Source: Cyanobacteria bacterium SIG26 (GTDB lineage Bacteria; Cyanobacteriota; Vampirovibrionia; Gastranaerophilales; Gastranaerophilaceae). From it: a DNA stretch of 64,000 nt. The position numbers and the translations under genes are program-made. Numbering within the stretch: the stretch's first letter is position 1; each line of letters begins with the position of its first letter. Under the pieces are notes generated by a model. The model ran no database searches and was not told where the DNA came from. It saw nothing but the letters and a program-made list of their open reading frames with translations. The DNA lies in the NCBI GenBank assembly GCA_015152555.1, contig SUTS01000010.1, positions 1,138-65,137 on the forward strand, read 5' to 3'. Below, piece by piece: positions 19,893 to 26,690 of the stretch.

Positions 19893-22265
19893 TTATTTTA
19901 TTCTTGTTACTAATATTTGGTAAACGTCTTTTAGCCACTCGTTTAAAGGTTTTTGGTAAAAAACTCCTGCCTGTTGAGGGTCGCTAAATGAAACTTCATC
20001 TGTTTTCGGATTATATGCTCTTAATGAAAGTGCGTGTCCTGTGTTATCATTTGTTCTTTTTGTTCCATAAGTCATAATATATTTTGGATTATTTATGAAA
20101 TTAGTAATAATTTCTTTGTATTTATCTTTTTCTTTGCTTAAGAATATGCGTGTTGTCGTTTTACCTTGTTGTCTTTGTTCGCATAAAAAATCATTAATAA
20201 CATCTTTAAAGTAACCTGTTCTTATTCTTTGATTTAATTTATCAAGATTATTTGTTGTGAGCGGGTTTTCATCTATGAAGCCATCTGATTTTCTTCTTAA
20301 ACTTGTTCTTTCATAAGTTCTTTCAAGCATTTGAATATGTTTTGGTGCATCAGCACTATGTTGCCCAAGTTCAATTTCACCTTTTGGAAATACAATGGTG
20401 CCATGATAATCTTTATATGCTGGAATTGTGACGAGAATATCGTCGCCTTTTTGTTCAAAGCATTTGTAATAAATTCCACGAGTTTTAGGGTTTTTATATA
20501 AAGATGTAAGTGATGTAATTAAATAACAATCATCTCTACCCTGCGATGTTGAAAATCTATTAACTAGTGGGAATAATTCGTTAAACTTTTCTTCGGTCAT
20601 ATTCCACCGTTCAAGTTTTCCGTCGTTGTTAATATACATTTTTCCTTTAACAGAAATGACGCTACCAGGTTTTGTTTGTTTAAGAACATCTTTTGTCGAG
20701 TTAAATTTTTTGATTATGCTTTGTCCTTTGTTTAAAGCTTGTAAATCTTCCAAGATTTCTGGCATAATATTCGATTGTTCGTTTATACAATTTAAAATTC
20801 TTGCATTCACTTTTCCATCATCAATGTGTTTGAAAAGTTTTGAATCTATCAATTGTTGCCACTTTTCAGGTTGTGTTCTTTTTATATTTAATAATGTAAG
20901 AGCAAGATATGGAGCTTCTTGCTTGTTTTTGTAATGTTTTTCAAGAAAATCACAAATTGGTTTGTAATGTTTGTTATACATAGTATCCAAATTTTTCCAA
21001 GTTGAAGGATTTTTGAATTGTGGCATTGAATCTAATAATAGAAGTTTTTTTAATGACTCTGAATTTATGTTGTTGTTTTTTAAACACATTTTTAGATATG
21101 GGAGATTGGTTTCTGAAATATTAAAAAGATAAGGTGAAATTGAAACGGAATCTTTTTGTTTTAGAATTTCGCCAATGAATTTTTTTAACATTTTTTCGTT
21201 AGTGCCTTTGATGTTTAAAAAATCATTCATACTTAGTAAACAGTATTCAGGAAAATCTTGCGGATGTTTTTCTGTCAATTTTATATAATAATCAAATAAT
21301 TCATCTGTTATTTTAAGTTGAGTTTTATTGTTAAAAATATCAGCTATTTTTTGCATCCCAGCGGGTAAAATCGGGGTTTTAATTCTTAGAATTTTTTTCA
21401 TTAAATCTGGATTTTCAATAGTTTCTTCCAGTAATGCTCTAAAACTGTTGATGTTTTTTTCTGTGAAATTTTCATCAAAATTAAAACTTTTCAAAAATTT
21501 ATTCGCTAATTCAGGGTCATTAATATTTTTTAGCTCTTCTATAAACCTGTCTATAAATTTTGAGTCTTTACAAACTTCATCGTCGCAAATCTTGAGGTAT
21601 TTGTTGACAGCTTCTTTGTCGATGCCTAGTTTTGTTAGTTTTTCGTTGGTGTTTTTCTCTAAATCGTCAAATAGTTTATATAAAAAATCTTCATCAATTT
21701 TATCAGATATTTTTATATTTTTTAAATAGTTTATGTCAATTTTTCCAGAGAGTATTTCAGTTGAAGCTTTGGATTTTACAAATGCACTAAAATTTTCCGG
21801 ATGAAAGATTGACATTAGTGCAAATTTTGAAGTCAAATGAGATTTATCAGACGGGTTTGTTGAGGTGACATGTTTAAAACTTTTGTTGAGATTATTTATT
21901 ATCTTGCAAAATTTTGCGTAATTTTTAGTGTTGTGCAAAATATGAATTATATGAGTTTCATCAGGACAGTATTTGATTATATTTTCAATTAACTCTTCGT
22001 GTTTGGCAAAAGATTGTAATTTATTTTCTTTTTTCAAATTTTGCCAAATTTTTTCTTTGATGTCTATAATTTGTTTTTTTGTGTTTTCAGATAATTTATG
22101 AAAATTAGATTCAGGACTAACGCGTTCAAAAAAATCAGGCATTTGTTCAAATGACTTTTTTATTGCAGATGAAATATTATCAGTGACTTTTGAGACCTCT
22201 TTGCTTGATTGGCATTCGTTAATTATGGATTTTGCGCCACATAATATTGTGCGTTGTAAACTCAT
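19893..22265 (-). CDS. large protein with a helical N-terminal region and a C-terminal diverged calpain-like cysteine protease domain
   Basis: 790 aa. The last ~230 aa contain SQGRDDCYLITSLTSL, TGHALSLRAYNP and SFSDPQQ, echoing the Cys/His/Asn(Asp) order of ORF 17527. No signal peptide. Confidence 0.5.
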   Translation of the reverse strand: MSLQRTILCGAKSIINECQSSKEVSKVTDNISSAIKKSFEQMPDFFERVSPESNFHKLSENTKKQIIDIKEKIWQNLKKENKLQSFAKHEELIENIIKYCPDETHIIHILHNTKNYAKFCKIINNLNKSFKHVTSTNPSDKSHLTSKFALMSIFHPENFSAFVKSKASTEILSGKIDINYLKNIKISDKIDEDFLYKLFDDLEKNTNEKLTKLGIDKEAVNKYLKICDDEVCKDSKFIDRFIEELKNINDPELANKFLKSFNFDENFTEKNINSFRALLEETIENPDLMKKILRIKTPILPAGMQKIADIFNNKTQLKITDELFDYYIKLTEKHPQDFPEYCLLSMNDFLNIKGTNEKMLKKFIGEILKQKDSVSISPYLFNISETNLPYLKMCLKNNNINSESLKKLLLLDSMPQFKNPSTWKNLDTMYNKHYKPICDFLEKHYKNKQEAPYLALTLLNIKRTQPEKWQQLIDSKLFKHIDDGKVNARILNCINEQSNIMPEILEDLQALNKGQSIIKKFNSTKDVLKQTKPGSVISVKGKMYINNDGKLERWNMTEEKFNELFPLVNRFSTSQGRDDCYLITSLTSLYKNPKTRGIYYKCFEQKGDDILVTIPAYKDYHGTIVFPKGEIELGQHSADAPKHIQMLERTYERTSLRRKSDGFIDENPLTTNNLDKLNQRIRTGYFKDVINDFLCEQRQQGKTTTRIFLSKEKDKYKEIITNFINNPKYIMTYGTKRTNDNTGHALSLRAYNPKTDEVSFSDPQQAGVFYQKPLNEWLKDVYQILVTRIK

Positions 22266-22434
22266 TAATGTCCCCTTATAACTATTTAAAAAGTTTTATA
22301 CTCAAAATATTGCTTTTATGTAATAAAATAGTATATACAATCTTTACATATTTTAATTTATTTACAACAAAGTGTAGTGCTTGTATTATTATGTATAGAG
22401 AAGATATGAATGAGAATTTCTTTCGGAGGCTAAA

Positions 22435-23754
22435 TTGGTAGAAAGATTTTATATAAAAGGTGGGACCCCTTTAAAAGGTGAAGTATCTATAGGCGGGGCG
22501 AAAAATTCAGTGTTAAAGCTTATGGCTGCTGCAATCTTAGCAAAAGGCGAATCAAAAATATACAACGTACCTGAATTGACAGATGTTGAGATTATGCTTA
22601 ATGTGATTGCTCAGTTAGGTGCAAAAACAAGCTATAATAGAGAAGAAAAATCATTAACAATTGATGCTACAGATATTACAAATGTTACTGCTAGTTATGA
22701 ATTAGTAAGTAAAATGCGTGCATCTTTTATTGTTTTAGGTGCGTTAGTTTCTCGATGCAAAGAGGCAAGAGTTGCACTACCGGGTGGTTGTGCAATCGGT
22801 GAAAGACGTGTGGATTTTCATATTCGCGGTTTGGAAGCCTTGGGTGCTAAAATTAAAATTGAAAACGGCTATGTTCATGCTAAAACTAATAAGCTTGTCG
22901 GTACAGATATTTATTTAGATATTCCTTCTGTTGGAGCGACAGAAAATATTATGTTGGCATCTGTTTTAGCAGAAGGTTCAACAAGAATTCAAAATGCAGC
23001 GCAAGAACCAGAAATTGTTGATTTGGCAAACTTCTTAAATACTATGGGGGCGGATATTATTGGTGCAGGTACTTCTGAAGTTATTATCAATGGGGTAAAA
23101 CAATCTGATTTGCATCCGATAGAATACACAACAATTCCTGATAGAATTGAAGCCGGAACTTTTATGACTGCTATTATTGCGACAAAAGGTAAAGGTATTA
23201 TTAAAAATATTTATCCTGCACATTTGACATTCTTCACTGACAAATTGTTGAAAATGGGTGCAAATATTAAACTTTTGGATCCTACATCGATGGAAGTTAG
23301 TTGCAAAAATAGACTAAATTCTATTAACTTTGTAACCCAACCATATCCAGGATTTCCAACCGATTTGCAATCAATGGCGATGACTTTGTTAACAACAGCG
23401 AACGGTGTTGGGATAATCACAGAAAGTCTATATGAAAATCGCTTTATGCAAGTTCCTGATTTAAATAGAATGGGTGCTGATATTCATCAGGACAGAAACC
23501 ACGCTATTATTAAAGGTGTGAAAAAACTTTCCGGAGCAACACTTACAGCAAGTGATTTAAGAGCGGGAGCGTCTCTTGTAGTTGCTGCCTTAATGGCTGA
23601 TGGTAATTCTATTGTCGAAAAACTACATCATATAGATAGAGGATACGAAAATTTTGAGAATAAGATAAGATTGTTAGGAGGGAAAATTGAAAGAAAGAGC
23701 GAAGATTCCCAAATTAACCTAACGGAGGGTACACATAATGAGTCCTACTTATAA
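22435..23754 (+). CDS. murA: UDP-N-acetylglucosamine 1-carboxyvinyltransferase
   Basis: 439 aa. TTG start is 5 nt after GGAGG. GGAKNS, LPGGCAIGERRVD (catalytic Cys loop) and DRIEAGTF are MurA hallmarks. Confidence 0.9.
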   Translation: MVERFYIKGGTPLKGEVSIGGAKNSVLKLMAAAILAKGESKIYNVPELTDVEIMLNVIAQLGAKTSYNREEKSLTIDATDITNVTASYELVSKMRASFIVLGALVSRCKEARVALPGGCAIGERRVDFHIRGLEALGAKIKIENGYVHAKTNKLVGTDIYLDIPSVGATENIMLASVLAEGSTRIQNAAQEPEIVDLANFLNTMGADIIGAGTSEVIINGVKQSDLHPIEYTTIPDRIEAGTFMTAIIATKGKGIIKNIYPAHLTFFTDKLLKMGANIKLLDPTSMEVSCKNRLNSINFVTQPYPGFPTDLQSMAMTLLTTANGVGIITESLYENRFMQVPDLNRMGADIHQDRNHAIIKGVKKLSGATLTASDLRAGASLVVAALMADGNSIVEKLHHIDRGYENFENKIRLLGGKIERKSEDSQINLTEGTHNESYL

Positions 23755-24076
23755 ACGTTGGTATGATCATGACCCATTATTATTAGAAGTAATTGAGCTT
23801 TTAAGAAATTATCAAAATGAACTAAGAGCTCAAGCAGAGATATTTTTGCAAAAAATAGAAGAAAAAGTTTCTAAAGAAACAATCGATAAATTTTATGCAA
23901 TGGTAAAACCTGTGAATGCAAACAACCGTTGGTATGATAAAGATCCGGTTATTTCAAGAACAGTTGAAATTCTTAGAATTGTGCCACCTGAGGCTCAAAG
24001 AATTTGTGCACAAAATTTCATTAAAACGCTTAAAGAAATGGGAATTGAGTACGAAAGCAAAAACGTACAAATTTAG
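23738..24076 (+). CDS. hypothetical protein with a duplicated RWYDxDP helix motif
   Basis: 112 aa. Overlaps the murA end by 17 nt. KRWYDHDPLLLEVIELLRN and NRWYDKDPVISRTVEILRI form an internal duplication. Confidence 0.55.
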   Translation: MSPTYKRWYDHDPLLLEVIELLRNYQNELRAQAEIFLQKIEEKVSKETIDKFYAMVKPVNANNRWYDKDPVISRTVEILRIVPPEAQRICAQNFIKTLKEMGIEYESKNVQI

Positions 24077-24110
24077 GTAACGAAAAGTAGAAAGTTAGTA
24101 GTAGGTGAAA

Positions 24111-24139
24111 AGGGTTTCATTTTAGGAAACCCTATTTCT
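24111..24139 (+). terminator. rho-independent terminator
   Basis: AGGGTTTC-ATTTTAG-GAAACCCT followed by ATTTCT. Confidence 0.55.
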
Positions 24140-24331
24140 ATGATGTGAAAGAGTTGTATTTTTATAAAAACATTAAGAATTGTAAAAAATTATGCAAAAT
24201 ATGTTATTAGGGTGTGATAAATGGGAATATATTACATGTACACAAACCTTTTTCTTTTTCTTTATTTTCTCCTACACAATAACCTTTTAAGAAAGCCGTC
24301 CCCTCGGCTATTTTTCTTTTTTGGGGGAGTA

Positions 24332-24376
24332 GAGTGGGGTAAATGTAGTTACCAACCGTGGTTTAGTTTGTAATGC
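24332..24376. repeat. 45-bp direct repeat copy A1 (partner at 25116..25160)
   Basis: GAGTGGGGTAAATGTAGTTACCAACCGTGGTTTAGTTTGTAATGC versus GAGTTGGGGAAATGTAGTTACCAACCGTTGTTTAATTAGTAATAC. Only a few mismatches or indels. Confidence 0.8.
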
Positions 24377-24460
24377 CAATGAGCAACGGGTAAATGTGTG
24401 TATTTTTGTGTTATTTGCCAAGTTTCACATCATCTTCGGAGGTAAATGAGGCTATATGTA
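24338..24460 (-). repeat. degenerate array of three ~51-bp units related to the coding FTPES repeat (relic)
   Basis: GGTAAATG recurs at 24338, 24389 and 24441 (spacing 51 and 52 bp). rc of 24437..24458, CATATAGCCTCATTTACCTCCG, matches coding CGTATACCTCATTTACCCCCG at 19 positions with one gap. Confidence 0.5.
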
Positions 24461-24739
24461 TTTGTTAAATTTCATTTTTATTGATTCTTTTATGAGGTTT
24501 GGGAGTCTGTGAAATTTATTTGTTCGCTCTTTTTTTATAATACATAATTCATCAAATATTGTTTTTTCTAAAATATGTAAATCCTTTTTATTATCACAAT
24601 ATAGATGACCTAGTGAAATGATTTTTACGTTATTAGTTAATAGGAGTATCTTGTTAGTGATTTCAATTATTTCTGAATTGGTGAAATCATATAGTATATA
24701 TTCAATTTTTAATTTTTTGTAAAACACAGTAAATTTCAT
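24452..24739 (-). CDS. hypothetical protein (95 aa)
   Basis: ORF with ATG start, Lys/Ile/Asn-rich, no recognisable domain. Divergent from the XRE gene. Confidence 0.4.
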   Translation of the reverse strand: MKFTVFYKKLKIEYILYDFTNSEIIEITNKILLLTNNVKIISLGHLYCDNKKDLHILEKTIFDELCIIKKERTNKFHRLPNLIKESIKMKFNKYI

Positions 24740-24835
24740 AGTTACCTCTGAAAGTGTACAGAACTATAATTAATTTACCAAGTATTATGCATGTATGCAA
24801 GAGTCTAAAGAGAAAATTTTTATTTAAATAAGCTT

Positions 24836-25066
24836 TTGGGTAAAGTGTTTCGTGAAACGCGTGAATTGAATACTAAATTGTCTTGCAATAAGGCGGAAGA
24901 AGAGTTTGGTATTTCTCGTGGTGGGTTAAACAGATTGGAAAATGGAAAAGTTGATCCTACGTTTTCAACAATATGGAAAGCTTCTGAGGCGACTGGCAAA
25001 AAATTATCTGAAATAATATATGCTGTTGAGCAATTATTAGATGAAGATTTTAGTTTAACTGATTAG
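24836..25066 (+). CDS. XRE-family helix-turn-helix transcriptional regulator
   Basis: 76 aa with TTG start (GTG at 24845 is also possible). AEEEFGISRGGLNRLENGKVDPTFSTIWKASEATG fits the Cro/C1 HTH_3 pattern. Confidence 0.6.
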   Translation: MGKVFRETRELNTKLSCNKAEEEFGISRGGLNRLENGKVDPTFSTIWKASEATGKKLSEIIYAVEQLLDEDFSLTD

Positions 25067-25115
25067 TTTAAATGATATGTATAAATAATTGGATTTATGA
25101 TGGTATTGTCATTTT

Positions 25116-25160
25116 GAGTTGGGGAAATGTAGTTACCAACCGTTGTTTAATTAGTAATAC
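25116..25160. repeat. 45-bp direct repeat copy A2 (partner at 24332..24376)
   Basis: See copy A1. Preceded by GTCATTTTGAG, the inner motif of the 53-bp units. Confidence 0.8.
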
Positions 25161-25164
25161 TAAA

Positions 25165-25271
25165 GGGGGGTAAATATATTGGTATCTTTCCGCCTCGTTC
25201 GATTCATGTCATTCTGAGGGGGGTAAATATATGGGCATTTTTCCATTTCGTTCGACTCTCGTCATTCTGAG
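25165..25271 (+). repeat. two tandem ~53-bp units (GGGGGGTAAATATAT...TCATTCTGAG)
   Basis: Unit 1 starts at 25165 and unit 2 at 25218. Both begin GGGGGGTAAATATAT and end GTCATTCTGA(G). The middles are about 70% identical. Confidence 0.8.
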
Positions 25272-25490
25272 GGCTTTGGCCCGAAGAATCTCGTAAAATT
25301 GTATAGAAATAATAATAAAAGATTCTTCGCTCCTTCGGTGTTCGCAATAAACGGCACCGCTTACACTTGCAACGAAAACTCAACGTTTCCGTTGGCGCGT
25401 GTTCGTCTCTCACTACGTTCGTGCCTCTGCTCTCACCGGCTTAGAATGACGATGGTAGGGAAGGTTATTAACATCAATACATTTACCCCC
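25219..25490. repeat. 272-bp composite palindromic (MITE/REP-like) element with a GC-rich core
   Basis: Left arm is 25219..25271 (GGGGGTAAAT...TCGTCATTCTGAG). Right arm is 25440..25490 (CTTAGAATGACGA...ATTTACCCCC), its inverted counterpart. The core has its own 10-bp hairpin (25282..25291 / 25320..25329). Confidence 0.6.
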
Positions 25491-25634
25491 GCTCAGAATG
25501 ACGTTGTTTTCCCTCCCTGGATGGTGCAAAATGAACAGGCGAGGTACGAGCCTTGTGAACTTGTATACCGAGGCGCAGCCGAGTGTTGGAGGGTTAGGGG
25601 TCTATCTTAAAAATGCAATCAATTTATTTACATC

Positions 25635-25663
25635 TTGAAAAACCTTATACAATTTGTTATACT
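25635..25663 (+). promoter_or_regulatory. candidate sigma70 promoter of the prepilin gene
   Basis: TTGAAA, 17 nt spacer, TATACT. Same architecture and flanking TTGTATA strings as the promoter at 31342. Confidence 0.5.
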
Positions 25664-25701
25664 TGTATATGGAAGTTTATATGAATACAAAAGGAGGTAT
25701 T

Positions 25702-26463
25702 ATGTTGAAATCCAGTTGCAGAAAGAATTTTGGAGAGCTAACCTCTAGAGGGTCTAAAAAACAAGCGTTTACACTAGCGGAAGTTTTGATAACATTAGGT
25801 ATAATAGGTGTTGTTGCGGCAATGACAATTCCGACATTGATAGCAAACACAAAAAGTCAACAATTCCGCTCACAATTTAAAAAGACGTTATCTACACTAA
25901 ACCAAGCAGCTTTAATGTCGAAAGCTCAGTATGGTTTTGATTACAGTGGACTAAATGCAGATTGTGGTGGTGCATCTGATGATCCGACAGTGACTAGATC
26001 AATGTGTGCATTGTTAAATGGTACATTGTCGGGGTACACTTATATAGGAAAACCAACGGTTGAAAATTTTAAGATGTCAAATGGTTTAGCATATAATTAT
26101 GAGGAAATAATGGGAGCGGTGTTATTTGCACCTAATGCAATTATTTATTCATTATCTGATGGGTCTATTGTCGGCTTTTATCCGGTAATGCAAGATTGTA
26201 CTTCTCCACCAGGAAATGTTTTTGATCCAGATTATTGGGTTTTTGATAAAACTGCTTGTGTAGGTTTTATCGATGTTAATGGTCTTGCTGGACCTAATAA
26301 AGAAGTTGATTGTGATAATCCAAATGAAAATGGATGGGGTAACGAACCTTGTAAAGTTTCAAATGGTAAAGGTATGGGAGATGTGTTTCATGTAGTTTTC
26401 CATGGAGCAACTATAGAGCCGGCGACAAAAGCAGGGCGAGCTGTTCTAAATTCAACAAAATAG
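25702..26463 (+). CDS. prepilin-type N-terminal cleavage/methylation domain protein (pilin/pseudopilin-like), paralogue 1
   Basis: ATG is 5 nt after AAGGAGG, giving 253 aa. An unusually long 22-aa leader precedes FTLAEVLITLGIIGVVAAMTIPTL. IDVNGLAGPN motif is shared with paralogues 2-4. Confidence 0.75.
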   Translation: MLKSSCRKNFGELTSRGSKKQAFTLAEVLITLGIIGVVAAMTIPTLIANTKSQQFRSQFKKTLSTLNQAALMSKAQYGFDYSGLNADCGGASDDPTVTRSMCALLNGTLSGYTYIGKPTVENFKMSNGLAYNYEEIMGAVLFAPNAIIYSLSDGSIVGFYPVMQDCTSPPGNVFDPDYWVFDKTACVGFIDVNGLAGPNKEVDCDNPNENGWGNEPCKVSNGKGMGDVFHVVFHGATIEPATKAGRAVLNSTK

Positions 26464-26476
26464 TTTTAAATAAAAG

Positions 26477-26576
26477 AGGATGAGTATATTTTACTTGGTA
26501 GATATAATATATCCCCTCACCTAGGGGAGAGGGTTAGGGTGAGGGGTTTATTCGGGGTAGGTACTCATCCTTTTTT
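26477..26576 (+). terminator. composite terminator: 10-bp outer stem enclosing a G/C-rich inner hairpin
   Basis: AGGATGAGTA (26477..26486) pairs with TACTCATCCT (26562..26571), then a T-run. Inner hairpin is CCCCTCACC (26513..26521) / GGTGAGGGG (26538..26546). Confidence 0.5.
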
Positions 26577-26610
26577 ATGTGGATTTTAATAAAATTATAG
26601 TCATAACCCC

Positions 26611-26641
26611 AAAAAAAGAAACCGGTAATTAAATACCGGCT
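26611..26641 (-). terminator. rho-independent terminator of the OMF gene
   Basis: Minus strand GCCGGTATTTAATTACCGGT followed by TTCTTTTTTT. Confidence 0.65.
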
Positions 26642-26690
26642 TTAGTAAGTAAAAATATGATTAAGATTTTTTGAGTTAGCTTTTTGATAT

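Noticed and set aside
24192-24287. 31-codon hydrophobic mini-ORF (MQNMLLGCDKWEYITCTQTFFFFFIFSYTITF)
   Set aside because: There is no Shine-Dalgarno sequence. The poly-Phe stretch derives from a T-rich tract, and support is insufficient.
25165-25271. Possible CRISPR array
   Set aside because: There are only two directly abutting ~53-bp units with no unique spacers, inverted copies lie nearby, and no cas genes are present. This is a tandem/palindromic repeat, not a CRISPR array.
25204-25610. Track ORFs 25204..25413 (-) and 25299..25610 (+) in the GC-rich repeat tract
   Set aside because: They are read straight through the palindromic repeat units (strings such as LRMT and FTPAQNDV come from the repeat arms). 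They overlap each other on opposite strands, lack an RBS, and have atypical Arg/Cys-rich composition for this proteome.
25495-25701. Possible c-di-GMP riboswitch upstream of the prepilin gene
   Set aside because: I could not find the conserved GEMM-I/II core strings or a convincing two-helix architecture. The GC-rich stretch is better explained as part of the repeat field. A cmscan would be needed to be sure.
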